NCBI RefSeq assembly: GCF_009914755.1
Contig: NC_060931.1
DNA from: the human T2T-CHM13v2.0 reference genome, Homo sapiens
Direction: 5' to 3' (one strand)
Length of the DNA stretch: 64,000 nucleotides
Shown one piece after another: positions 1-57,873 of this stretch. The translations under genes and the position numbers were made by a program. The notes below the pieces were generated by a model, which worked only from the letters and a program-made list of their open reading frames with translations, did no database searches and was not told the DNA's origin. Each line of letters starts with the position of its first letter. The first letter of the stretch is position 1.

Positions 1-34277
<34,277 letters not shown>

Positions 34278-34459
34278 GCCCTGCGGGGCCCCTTCACCAC
34301 CCCCTCCGCCCTGCCCCGGACACAAGGGTCTGCATTGCGTCCATTTCAAGAGGTGGCCCCAGGACGCGGGCAGCCCAGGCTCCTGCTGTTCTTGGGCAAG
34401 ATGAGACTGTTCCCCCAAATCCCATCCTTCTCCTTCCAACTTGGCTGAAACCCACCTGG

Positions 34460-34600
34460 AGACGCAGTTCACGTCCAGGCTCTTCCACTGTGGAATCTTG
34501 GGCAAGTCAGTAACGAGCCTCAGTTTCCTCACCTGCAAAACGGGTACAGCATTCCTGTATGATAGCTCACGCCGTCGTTGTGAAAACCACATAGACTTGG
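34460..34600 (+). mobile_element. MIR fragment in the 3'UTR
   Basis: MIR core: cttgggcaagtca...gagcctcagtttcctcacctgcaaaa. Confidence 0.75.
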
Positions 34601-34809
34601 TCAATTCTCGGTCCTACTCTGCCCTCCCGTCTCAGCCCTCGTGTTGCCATTGCCTCTCTCGGATCCTCCAATCCTCACGTCCTTCACCTGGTCTCTGGCC
34701 CTGGTTCTTATTTTCTCTCAATTCCCTACTGCCTGTTTCTTACTTTGAACCTGGAGGCAGCCTGCAGCCCCATCCCATCTCCTGCCCTCTCCTGATCTAA
34801 CTCCCTGCT

Positions 34810-35235
34810 GCATCTCTTGCTCTCATTCCTTAGACGTCCTCCCCTTTTGACCCCGTTCCTTCATCCATCCTGCACCCCAGTCCCCCAGCCCTAAATCCTC
34901 CCTCCTCTCCTCACATCCTGGTCCCTAGCAAGGTATAGATAGCCTCTGTGTCTTAGGATACCCCGGGTGCTGTTCCCTCGGTCACCCTGTTGCCCAGTTC
35001 CCCGTTTCTCTTGCTCTCATTCCTTGTATCCTTTCCCCTTTTGAGCCCGTCCATTCATCGGTTCTGCCCCCGACTCCCCCTGACCTAAATACCCCAGCTC
35101 CTAATTCCCCCCTCACCCCGTTGCTCAATTCCCCGTTTCTCTTGCTCTCATTCCTTGTATCTTCTCCCCTTCTGAGCCTGTCCATTCATCGGTGGTTCTG
35201 CCCCTACTCCCCCAGCCCTAAATACCCCAGCTGCT
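34810..35235 (+). repeat. Three diverged pyrimidine-rich ~105-bp direct repeats in the 3'UTR
   Basis: tctcttgctctcattcctt...cctaaat at about 34813, 35007 and 35138. Confidence 0.8.
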
Positions 35236-35557
35236 GTTCCTCCCCATCACCCAGCCACCGGATTCTCCATTCACCCCTTTCTCTCACCCCTGGAGCCCCG
35301 TGGGTGGGGGCAGGGCATGAGTTCCCCAGTCCCCAAGGAAAGGCAGCCCCCTCAGTCTCCCTCCTCCTCATTCCCTTCCATCTCCCTCCCCTCTGCCTTT
35401 TAAACCCATCCCCTCCGATTCCCCTCCTCCCCCCTCTCTCCCTGGTGTCAACTCGATTCCTGCGGTAACTCTGAGCCCTGAAATCCTCAGTCTCCTTGGC
35501 GGGGAAGATTGGCTTTGGGAACAGGAAGTCGGCACATCTCCAGGTCTCCATGTGCAC

Positions 35558-35563
35558 AATATA
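35558..35563 (+). terminator. Probable variant polyadenylation signal AATATA (3'UTR about 1.3 kb)
   Basis: I saw no sense AATAAA between the stop and the MUC12 promoter. AATATA is followed by a T/CT-rich downstream element. Confidence 0.55.
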
Positions 35564-36539
35564 GAGTTTATTGTAAAAAGCAGCAGCTCTCTGTCTCCTT
35601 TTTATCCCCTCAGTGGTCTCCACTTGGTTGGAGAACAGGGATTTCCAGAGGTGGCACTGTAGGAGGATCCTGGGAGCACCCGTGTCTCCCAGGGAGGAAG
35701 GTCTGTGGGCAGCCCTTGGGGGCCACGACATTCCTCATAGAAAACACAGAGGTTGAGGGGGAACCCATTTTGTTGGAGAGTGACTCGGGGCAGGGGCCCC
35801 TTGGTCTTTGTCATCTGTGCTCTCCCCACCCCCACCACTGCCCTGACCTTGACACTGGGGGCTTAGGGAGCAATTAGACCTCTGGTGTTGGGTCAGGGAG
35901 TGGGGTGGCCCAGCGGCTAGGGCTGCCTGTTCCAGCCACCTTTTGCAAGGATGGGTAAAGCTGAGCCTCCCCAAAGATCTTGATCCCCCACAAGGCCCCC
36001 AAACCCTGATAGCAAACTCACACAGCAGAGCCTGTCTATGCTGGCGCCAGGCCCTTCTGTTCCTGCTGTTGTGGGCAGTCAGGGCTGCCTGAGGAGTCGA
36101 GGGTGATCAGAAATAACGTGTCCCCTTGGGTCTTTTGGTGTGGGCTTGGGAGAGGCCCCTGTGATCTTTGCCCTGGGCAGGGATGGGCCATGGCATTTCG
36201 TCACCTCTGTGTCTGGCCAGGGGTGGGGACCAGGACCATAAAGTCTGAGGTGTGAGTGGGCACCCCGCCCAGGAGAAGGGCTGGAAACTGGGGACCCCAG
36301 GGAAAGCCCTGGACATTTGGAAAGGACCATGTTGAGGTGGGGGATGGGGAGGGATGGCTGGAAGAGAGAGGGGCTTCTCGGGGGTGGGAGTGGAGAGTCC
36401 TTCACTTGGTCTGGCCTGTTGCCAGCTGCCCCTTCCACCGTTCTGAACTTCTCCCTCCATGGTCACCTGCTCCCCGGTGCTTCTTGGCCCCCACCTTTTG
36501 TCACCAGTGGTGTGCTCACACCTCTAGCCTCCGTCCCTC

Positions 36540-36865
36540 CCTCCTGCACTGCCCCACCCCCAGTGGCTCTGACTTCCGCTGAAAGAGAGGGACCCTGGCT
36601 GAGGGCGGTCACTGCTCCAGGACTTATAAGGGAGGAGGGTGGACAGGCTGCACTTTGTCCAACTCCCTGTGGTCACCACGTGCCACCGACCCAACAGCAT
36701 CACCTCACCTCTACCCTGGGACAGGCACTGTCCAGGCACTTTGCTCTGCTTCAAGGCAAAGTTCTCTGGGGTCCTTTTTATAGCTGATCCCTTCCTGGGA
36801 AGCTTTCATTTCTTGGTCCCTCCTGACGAGGGAAGACGGGCAGCCAGGGGCCCGTTCCCTGGGAG
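36540..36865 (+). promoter_or_regulatory. MUC12 proximal promoter/5'UTR with HNF4-like, CDX/TATA-like, ETS and CACCC motifs
   Basis: ACTTCCG at 36572; TATAAG at 36625; HNF4-like TGCACTTTGTCC (~36649), GGCACTTTGCTC (~36735) and AGGCAAAGTTCT (~36754); TTTTTATAG at ~36776. These are motif matches only. Confidence 0.6.
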
Positions 36866-36932
36866 ATGCTGGTGATCTGGATTCTGACGCTGGCTCTCCG
36901 GCTCTGCGCGTCCGTTACTACAGTGACACCAG
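36866..36932 (+). CDS. MUC12: MUC12 exon 1, signal peptide MLVIWILTLALRLCASVTTVTP(G)
   Basis: Recognised N-terminus; consensus donor CCAG|gtgagt in phase 1. Confidence 0.93.
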
Positions 36933-37407
36933 GTGAGTGCTCCTGGGCTGATGCTCCAGGTCCAGTGCTCCTGGGTGGTAATAGTACATGCCCCTGCCTC
37001 AGGCAGCAGGGCTGCAGGTGGCCTCCTCCCCTTTGCATGGCAAGGGGCTGCCACAGGGCTGGAGACCCGTGCTGTGACCTCATCTTGCTTTGGGGGTGCT
37101 GAAGAGGTCACTGTGGAGACCTGTGGGTGCCTGTGGTTGTGCAGGGGATGGTCTGCACACAGCTCCTGGCTGAGGGGCGGCTGAAATCCACAGCTTCTGC
37201 TCTCCAGGCTCCCCCCGGGAGGATGAAGGGGCTTTTGTCACATAGACAGTCATCTCTGCCTGCCCTCATCCTGGGGGCTTTATCTGCTGGAGGGATGGGT
37301 CTTTCCAAACCTCACGGAGGCACTGCACATGCTGCTAGCCCTGGTCGGGAGAGAGGGAGTCCAGAGGGGTGTGTGACAGTATCATCTCTTGACTTGGAGT
37401 AGCCTCA

Positions 37408-38472
<1,065 letters not shown>

Positions 38473-39545
38473 TCAGGGGTCCTTGCTCAGCCTGGTCGTG
38501 GCTGTGTCTGAGAGATGACTCTGACCCGCTGATTTCCCTCATACAGAACAGACTTTCTGATTCCTTTCTGGCAGGGGTGGACAGGGATGAGGAGAGGCGA
38601 GAGAGGGAGACCTTGAGTTGAAGGCTGTGGGGTGGGCAGAAGGGGTGGTGAGGGGGCAGGGGAGCTGGGGTGGGGGTCTCTGGAGCCCTGCAGGACACCT
38701 TCGAGGTAACCCACCAGGGAAGTTCCACCATCCTCCCAGCCAGGGACTCAGGCCCTCCGAGGCTGCCTCTGCCCGCCAAGCCTTGACAGATGAGACCTCC
38801 TTTACCCCCACCCGGACATGTTGGGAGAGAGGTACAGGCAGGGAGGAGCTGATGGGAGAGTTTCAAGGGCTGGAGTGACGAACTCTGTGGATTTGGGGAC
38901 ATTATGAGAGTTTATTAATAAGACATAGATTCCCTTTAAGTTCACCTACAGAAGTGGGAAACTGTGGGCCTGGATGGGTCTTAGGAGGGGTCCTCCCCAT
39001 CCCTGCTCCCAAGGCCTGGCCTAGCAGATCTCTGTAGTCAGATTATTCAAGGAGAGGGTGATGGAGGTGATGACAGCGATGATGAAGGCCCCAGGAGTCA
39101 GCAGGTGGCATTGCCTCTGTGTACCCAGCCGTGTGTTAGAGACGGCCCCCAAGCAACCAAAAACCCCCGTTCCTCAGGTGCTTATAATTGTGTGTCAAAG
39201 ATAACACAGGTGAATCCCTTAGTGTGCAAAACAGTCAGAAAAACATCTATCTATGGCCAGTGCAGAGAGCAGAAGGGAGTGAGGCCAGGCAAGTAGGGCC
39301 ACTCCGGAGGGCTCCGGAAGATCTGATTAGATCCAGAGACCCCCTGCCCTCCTCTTGCAGAGGGCTCTGCTGTTCACAAAGCCATTTCCCAGCAGGTAGC
39401 TCATATAATTCTCATGAGGAGATCTGTGTAAGGAAGTCGGGGCAGATGAGGATATGTAGAGACTCAGAGAGAGGATGAGTGATTTGCCTGGGTCCACACA
39501 GCAAATAATGAACACGGCCACCACTTGACAGTGGATTTGTGTCCT

Positions 39546-40118
<573 letters not shown>

Positions 40119-40699
40119 TGAGGTTTTGGAGAAGCAGACAGTCGAGCAAGGGAAGAGCACTCTGAGAAGGCAGAAAAATCATTTCCACAGGTCTGCAGGG
40201 GAGCTACGGTGCAGGAATGCCCTGAAAGATGAGGGGGCATCTGCTGGATGGAGCGTGATGTTTGCTGGGGAGAGTGTGGTGGTGCTGGTGCATTTGTGGA
40301 TGACAGGAGCAGTAAGACCAAGCTAAGATATTTAGACATCACAGGAACCTCTGTGGGCTGAGTAGGGCTGGGGATGCCTCTGTAGGGCAGACCAGCATCA
40401 GAGAGGCCATTGAGAGGCACCCAAAGCTATCCTGGGAGGAGGACATGAAGGCCCAGCTGAGAACCCAACTCCCCTGGAAATGGGGGCTCCACTTGATGGT
40501 TGGCTGGGGGACGTGGAGATAGATGGTCTAGGAGGCTGTGTTAACTGGGAGAGGAGCCTCTTTTTGCTGGATGACAAAGGTCTCCAGTTGAGGCTGTGGA
40601 GTTTGGGGTGATGGTGAAATTTCTGAGTGGAGCTGTCCTGGGCTTCTAGGATGGGTCCAGTGCCATTGCCCCAGCCCCTACTACAGGCTGAGGAGGTAT

Positions 40700-42155
<1,456 letters not shown>

Positions 42156-43248
42156 AAAGAGGCCTCTTGAGAGGCACCGAGAGCCACCCTGGAATAGGAG
42201 ATGGACAGTCCAGGAGGCTGTATTGACCGGGAGGACAGGAGCCTCTCTTTGGTGGAAGACAAGGGTCTCCAGTTGGGCCTGTTGAGTGTGGAATGACTGT
42301 GGGGTTTCTGGGAGGAGCTGTCCTGGTGGCCTGAGGCTCCTGGAATGGGGACACAGTCTAGAATTCTACCTTTTCCAACTGCTGCAGAGGACACAAAAGC
42401 CAGAAAATGCCAGAAAAATGCCAGGGATCCACACGATGACTGGAACCACTATCCTGTTTTATGTACATGAAGTTGCACAGTGTTCCTAATAAGGGTCGAG
42501 GAGGGGATGGGCTAGGGGAGAGGGACCAACTGTCTGCCCTGGAGGGGCGGGGCCAGGGGTCTGAAGGGGTCAGCGCTCTTTAGCTTAGAAAGGTGAAGCT
42601 GGGGGTGGAAATGGTTAACACCTATAAAATTGGGAAGAGAGTGGTGGAGGTGAGAACAGATTGCTTCACAATAGACAAAGGGGCAACCTTTGAAACTCAA
42701 GTGATGTAAAAATTGACGCAATTACAAGGAATGCAGTTTTATACAAAGAGTAATAAACTTATTCAGCAAACACCAAAGGCTGGCTCTGCTTGAGCAGGTG
42801 CTCTGGATAAGGCAGGGTGAATAAACAGTTTATAGTAGAGTTAATGAGGTGGGATTGGGGCAGAAAGGCCACAGCCCAATCTGCTGCTGGAGCTACGAGA
42901 GGGGGCCTCCGGGGCCCTTCCACCTGGGCTGATGAGGGTACAGGGAGAGGCAGCATTTGAGTTTGGTGGTAGTTGAGTAGGACAGGAAGGAAGTATTATA
43001 TTAACAGATGCTCAAAGGCCTTAGACAAATTCAGAACTGCATTGTCTGAACTTCCACAGAGCTAGGGAGAGAATTGGGATATTGGTAATCAGATTCCCTC
43101 GGGAAGATCAAATCTTGGGGTGGTAGTGGGATGAGCTGGGGTCACCCATAACTATTTGGGGTGTGGAAAGGCCAAGAGACACCCACACCACAGTTGGAGA
43201 AGTCAATAGAGACCCGATAGTCTGAGTATCATATTAATATTAAAAATG

Positions 43249-44327
<1,079 letters not shown>

Positions 44328-44436
44328 AATTGCTCAATACCACCCATTCATCAGTTGGAGGAGTCAGGATTTGAACCTAAGCTTTCCAGCTCCAGGGTCC
44401 CCATTTTTTACCACTTGCTATAATTGGGGATGCCTG

Positions 44437-45400
44437 TGTGTATGTGTTCCCTAGGTCTGCCACAATAAATTAACAAACACTATTGGTGGCTTCAAGCAAC
44501 ATAAATTTATTCTCTTACAGTTGTGGACGCCAGAAGCTTGAAGTCAAGGTCATCATGAGTGCCACATTCCCTTCAAACTCTCTAGAGGAAGATCTCTCCT
44601 TGCCTTCTCTAGCTTTTTTTTTTTTTTGAGACGGAGTGTCTTTCTGTTGCCCAGGCTGGAGTACAGTGGTGCGATCTCGCCTCACTGCAACCTCTGCCTC
44701 CCGGTTCAAGCAATTCTCCTGCCTCAGCCTTCTGAGTAGCTGGGATTACAGGCACGCGCCACCACGCCCGGCTAAGTTTTGTATTTTTAGTAGAGACGGG
44801 GTTTCACCATGTCGGTCAGGCTGGTCTCGAACTCCTGACCTCGTGATCCACCCACCTTGGCCTCCCGAAGTGCTGGGATTACAGGCATAAGCCACCGTGC
44901 CTGGCCAGCTTCTTCCTTTTTAAAAAAATGTTTATCTCGTTATTTAGAGGCTGGATTATGAGACTGGCTAATTTTTGTATTTTTTTTTCTTGTAGAGACG
45001 GGGTCTTGCTATGTTGCCCAGGCTGATCTCAAACTCCTGGGCTCAAGCAATCCACTGGCCTCGGCCTCTCAAAGTGCTGGGATTACAAGCGTGAGCCACC
45101 GTGCCTGGCCAGCCTTTTCTAGCTCCTGTTGACGCCTGGTGTTCCTTGGCTTGTGATAACATCACTCCGATCTCTGCCTCATCGTCTTTGGGCATCTTTC
45201 CTGTACGTCACACCTCTCTCTCTTTTCTCTGACAAGTATGCAGATTTAGGGCCCATCCTAAATCTGATCTTGAGATCCTTGACTTAATGACATCTGGAAA
45301 GCCCCTGTTTCCAAAGAAGGTCGCGTTCCCAGGTACCAGGAGTTAGGACTTCGAGGATATATTTTGGGGTGATCCTATTCAATGCGCGATACCATGCTTT
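44437..45400 (-). mobile_element. MLT1-type LTR interrupted by antisense Alus (44613-44906, ~44960-45110)
   Basis: MLT1 motifs aaatttattctcttacagttgtggacgccagaag and gatttagggcccatcctaaat...gttaggacttc. Confidence 0.75.
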
Positions 45401-46059
45401 AGCCTCAACTGGTGGCTCTTGCTTTTAAGAAGCAGTGACAGTGCCTGCTGGCACTAGAAAGCCAAGAAGTCCATCCACCGCCATTGGTGTGTGCAGGGGT
45501 TGGGGTGGCCCCAGCTCTATCTCTACCTCTACAACTCAGCCAGGAGCCAATGAGCTTATGTTAAAGGAATAGACCCAGGCTATCTAGCTCTTGTGTGGCA
45601 GAGCAGAATGTGCACCTAGAACTGGGGGACCCCAGCTCATCCCAGTGCCTCCCATAACATTGTAGAATATTCTAGAGTGATCAGGGTGGCAAGAACAGGC
45701 ATCATTTACTCTCATTTTCGAGGGAGAAATGGAAGTTCAGAGAGGTTCGCTGGATTGCACAAGGTCACACAGCGGTGTACAGGTTGGTCTTGGAGACATA
45801 GCAAGGACCCTCCCTCCACACCCCGTGGGGGCTCCCCACACTGCCACTGCCTCTTCAGGGGAGCTGCCACTGGGGACTTCATTGACTGATTTTGTCACAA
45901 GCAGAAATATGTCCTGGAGGTGGCAGGAGGAGACAGTTTCAAAGCTTGGTGATGGTCTTCAGACTTGTCCTTGAAGAACCTTCTAATGTGTGTCCCCAAG
46001 CATGCCACGATGTGAAAGGTTTGCCTGAAAAACCAGCTGCCTTAATTAAATAATAATCT

Positions 46060-48440
<2,381 letters not shown>

Positions 48441-48882
48441 TTCCTTTGCCTAGCTTCCTTGTGGAGCACCCTGACCCTGGAGGTTGAACTGGAGAAGGAC
48501 CGCCGCACTTGCTCTGTGACATCCTTTGGGGACACCGTTGCCACCAGAATCCCAGGTTGGGAGGGGTCTGAATCTCTTCACCCAGAGCATGGTTCCCTTG
48601 TCCCTCCTGCAGCGAGTGAAGAACCTGGGCTTGGTGGAGTTTGCTAGCCCAGGGGACGACGGGGATGGCAGAGCCGAGGGCTTTAGCCTGGGGCTCCCAC
48701 TTAGTGAGCAGGCAAGGGCTGCAGGAGCCAGAGAGAAGGAGCGTCAGGAGGTGAGGGTGTCCTAGGAACTGAATGTGAGATTTCAGAAAGAGGAAGGGCA
48801 GCTGGATAAGATGGATGGGGATTCGGTCACTTAGAGCTCAAGCTTGGTGTGACCTGCGAGGGCAACTGTTGTGGAGATGTGA

Positions 48883-50722
<1,840 letters not shown>

Positions 50723-51327
50723 TTATATTTGGTAACTAAGAAAAAGCAGGCTTTAGACTTCCCAGCATGCACTGACTCATTCACTGAGAAAGTCTAATTA
50801 AGCCTCTACAGGGCCAACTGAACAGGGCAGAAATGTTCTCTACCCTCACGGAGTTCACAGCCTACAAGGGCAAAGACATTCCTAGGCAGTTACAGAATCA
50901 CTGAGTTCCAGTTAATGTGTCCTGTGATAGGGCGAGTACAGGAATCTGCTCTGTACCCAATAAATGCCAGCTCTCCCCACCCCTGTTCATACCTCATGAG
51001 TCGTTATGGAGATAACCATAAACGTCCTTTATATGCTTTTTCATTGTTTGACTTGTGACAATAGACACATTCTACTTTTATAACGTAAAAATTCCAGTAA
51101 AATTTATGAGTAAACCCAAGAGACTCCCATTTTTAAAAGAAGAAGGAAAAAATGACAAATCAAGTATCACCTCCTCCTGGAAGCCTCCCTTGATGACAGG
51201 CAGGAAAGTCCACCCTGCTGCATTGAGCCCTGCCCTGCCTTCATGTGGGCCTCTGCTGTCTCCTCGTTGTACTGAGGGTCTAGGAGCCCCCATGAGGGGC
51301 GGGGGGTACATCTACCTTTGATCTCAG

Positions 51328-52402
<1,075 letters not shown>

Positions 52403-52915
52403 AAGGGGAGCAGAGTTTTAAAGGATAACTTGGTGGGTTGGGGGAGCCAGTGAGTCAGGAGTGCTGATTGCAAAGGGATGAAATCACAGGGAGTCGAAGC
52501 TGTCTTCTTGCACTGAGTCAGTTCCTGGGTGGGGGCCACAAGATCAGCTGAGCCAGTTTGTCCATCTGGGTGGTGCCAGCTGATCCATCAAGTGCGGGGT
52601 CTGCAAAATATCTCAAGCACTGATTTTAGGAGCAGTTTAGGGAGGGTCAAAAATCTTATAGCCTCCAGCTGCATGGCTCCTAAACCATCATTTCTAATCT
52701 TGTGGCTAATGTTAGTCCTACCAAGGCAATCTAGTCCCCAGGCAAGAAGAAAGTCTGCTTTGGGAAAGGGCTGTTACCATCTTTGTTTCTTCCAAAGTTA
52801 GTTCAGCCTACTCCCAAGAATGAACAAGGACAGCTTGGAGGTTAGAAGCAAGGTGGAGCCAGTTATGTGAGATCTCTTTCACTGTCTCAGTCATAATTTT
52901 GCAAAGGCGGTTTCA
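52403..52915 (-). mobile_element. LTR8 (ERV1) LTR fragment
   Basis: Reverse complement begins tgaaaccgcctttgcaaaattatgactgagacagtgaaagagatct, the remembered LTR8 5' end. Confidence 0.85.
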
Positions 52916-53320
52916 GCTGGAGGGCTGAGTTTTCCTGTGGGTGCAGAAAGGCAGGGTGGCTGAGGATTGTGGTGGCCTCTGGACGAGACACAGAGGAGGT
53001 TCTTGAGAGGTGATTGGGGAAGGTGACCTCAGAGACCAGGAGGCCAGAGGGGTCCCTCACTCAAGTGAGGGAGGAAGCCTGTGGGAAGGAACGCCTGCGT
53101 GAGCCTGTTTTGAACCCTGCCACCCTCACTTTGGTGCCGGCCTATCCTCTGCCATCCTCTCTGACCCTTGTATTCAGGGCTCAGAGATGCCCCACCTCCA
53201 CCTTGGCAGCCCCTGGAGCTCAGCCCCTCCACTTCCATCAGGTTGAACTAGACAAAACTTAGCTCATAAACGAGAGGATTGGGCAAAACCACAAAAGTCC
53301 ACCGACTTCAAAACAAACAT

Positions 53321-53682
53321 GTGGCCGGTGTGTGCCTCAAGCCTGTAATCCCAGCCCTTTGGGAGGCCGAGGTGTGAGAATCACTTGAGGCCAGAAGTTT
53401 GAGACTGGCCTGGGCAACATAGCAAGATCCCATCTCTAAAAAAAACAAAATTTTAAAATTAGTGGGGCATGGTGGCACACCCCTGTAGCCCCAACGATTT
53501 GGGAGGCTGAGGCAGGAGGATCGCTCCAGCCTAGAAGTTTGAGGCTGCAGTTACTCCAGCCTAGAAGTAGGATGGTGATATAGTTTGAATATTTATCCCT
53601 TCCCAGATCTCATGTTGAACTGTAATTCCCAGCCCAGGTAACAGAGTGAGACCCTGTCTCAAAAAAAAAAAAGAAAAAAAAA
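53321..53682 (+). mobile_element. AluJ-like element carrying an internal MST-type LTR fragment
   Basis: Alu motifs on both sides of 53576-53630. Confidence 0.8.
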
Positions 53683-54181
53683 GCCATCAAAACCCCAAAA
53701 TCTCCCCCAAACACCAAGCAATCTTTTCCATCTTTTTCATGAAGTTAGAATTCCAAAAAATCTTAGGCATCATTGCCTTTCACCTGAACTGCACTGATCA
53801 ATGATTTGATAGTGCTCTGTCTACCCCTGCACCCCGGCCTTCCGTCTTGGTCCAGCTCCTAGCCTCTCCCTGTGACTGTGTGTCTTTTTCATGACTCGGT
53901 AAAACTGGGGCCATCTGGGATGGCAGAGGGTGCCTCTGCTCTGGAGGACTGAACCGTCTCCTCTGCCAGGGGCCAAGGTTGGCCTTCCTGAGACAAGTGA
54001 GAAAAATGCAGCTCCTGGCATCTCGGAGATTGACAGATGGGACAAGAGGCCACACACCCTGTCCTCTCAAGGAAGTCCCTTATATGTCATCCTGTAGAAT
54101 TCCTAGTAACTCCTGGGCTGGTGGCACTTCCATCACAGATTCTGTGCATATACAATCTGATTCATTTCATAGGCAGGATGA

Positions 54182-54613
<432 letters not shown>

Positions 54614-54737
54614 TAATGATTTTTTTTACAGTTGTAGCCCTTTGAGTGGGCCTGAACCAGGGTGCAGGAGGCACTCCATGGGCAGGCTACGAGGGCTGCA
54701 GGATGACCAGGTAGAGGGGGCAGTGTTCCAAGAAGGG

Positions 54738-55805
<1,068 letters not shown>

Positions 55806-55982
55806 GGTGGCTAGCTCTTGTGTATGTAAATGCATCTGGAGAGAAAGGACAGAGATAATTGTCCATGGAACGGGTGACTGCCTTAGCTCTTCTGTTTTTC
55901 CTGGGTTGGTGGCAGCTGCAGGGTTAGAGGTCAAAGGGGTCTCTCAGATGTCAAGGATGAGGAAGAGAGACTTGTCAGACCA

Positions 55983-56692
55983 GATATGGTTTGGCTGTGT
56001 CCCCACTCAAATCTCATCTTGAATTGTAGCTCCCACAATTCCCATGTGTTGTGGTGTTGTGGGAGGGACCCAGTGGGAGATAATTGAATCATTGGGGGCA
56101 GTTTCCCCCATACTGTTCTTGTGGTAATGAATAAGTAAGTCTCACGAGATCTGATGGTTTTATAAAGGGAAACCCCTTTCACTTGGCTCTCATTCTCTCT
56201 CTTGCCTGCTGCCAAGTAAGATGTGCCTTTCACCTTCCACCATGATTGTGAGGCCTCCCCAGACATGTGGAACTGTGAGTCCATTAAACCATTTTTTCTG
56301 TATAAATTACCCAGTCTCTGGTATGTCTTCTTCCTCTTCTTCTTTTTTTTTTTTTTTTTTTGAGACAGAGTCTCACTCTGTCACCCAGGCTGGAGTGCAG
56401 TGGTGCGATCTCAGCTCACTGCAACCTCGCAACCTCTGCCTCCTGGGTTCAAGTGATTCTCCTGCCTCAGCCTCCCAAGTAGCTGGGATTACAGGTGCCT
56501 GCCACCACACCCGGCTAATTTTTGTATTTTTAGTAGAGATGAGTTTCACAATGATGCCTAGGCTCATCTCGAACTCCTGACCTCAAGTGATCTGCCACCT
56601 CGGCATCCCAAAGTGCTAGGATTATAGGCATGAGCCACCACACCTGGCCTTGGGTATGTTTTTATCAGCAGTGTGAAAATGGACAAGTATGA
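55983..56692 (+). mobile_element. THE1 (C/D-like) MaLR solo LTR with an antisense Alu (56340-56649) near its 3' end
   Basis: gatatggtttggctgtgtcccca...tttataaaggg...gaactgtgagtccattaaacc...tttatcagcagtgtgaaaatggac. Confidence 0.9.
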
Positions 56693-56906
56693 TGTGTAAA
56701 CCAGACAATATAAGGTCTGCAAAATGCAGAATGTGAGGAACAAAAGGAACGCGTGTGGGGGCATTTGTGGGAGTACAACCTTCTGCTGGAATTGATGCCT
56801 GAGCACCTTGATAGATGAACATGTCCCAGTGTGGCTAGGGTGGAAAGAGCAGGCAATACTGGACAGAGGCATATAAGTACAGTTCTCCACAACCATACAG
56901 ATATGA

Positions 56907-57236
<330 letters not shown>

Positions 57237-57342
57237 TAAAAATTCAAGTTACAAATTACAGTCAAGACTCAGAAAAGTATCTAGTGACACCCTGCCCGCT
57301 AGCCAAATGGTTATATTCCACAGAAGGCACAAGGGTCTATAA

Positions 57343-57675
57343 CAGGGGTCCCCAACCCCCTGGCCCCAGACCAGAACTGGTCCGTGGCCTGTCAGGAACC
57401 AGGACACACGGCAAGAAGTGAGTAGCGGGCCAGCGAAGCTGAGCTCTGCCTCTTGTCGGATCAGGAGCGGCATGAGATTCTTCCAGGAGGACTAACCCTG
57501 CTGTGAACTGTGCATGCAAGGGATTTAGGCTGCACCCCCTTATGAGAATCTAACGGTAAATGTAATGTGCTTGAATCATCCCAAAACCATTCCCCCAATA
57601 GCCAACAGCTCAAGTCCTTGGGAAATTGTCTTAGATGAAATCGGTGCCTGGTGCCAAAAAGGTTGGGGACTGCTA
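57343..57675 (+). mobile_element. MER1 (hAT-Charlie) non-autonomous DNA transposon
   Basis: TIRs CAGGGGTCCCCAACC / GGTTGGGGACTGCTA; 8-bp TSD-like GTCTATAA / GTCTACAC. Confidence 0.85.
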
Positions 57676-57873
57676 GTCTACACCATCAATAAAATTTCTT
57701 CAAATCTACAGGTTCAACTGACACTTCCTATGCCCCCAAAAGGGAAACTTGAGTTTCAATACCATGGGCTGACCAGGTGTCTTCCAGCCCGGATGTGTCA
57801 GAATTGACTGCCACCAAACATGAGGAGACAGTCATAAATCATAGCACTTTCTCTGGTTTCTCTCAAATCACAG

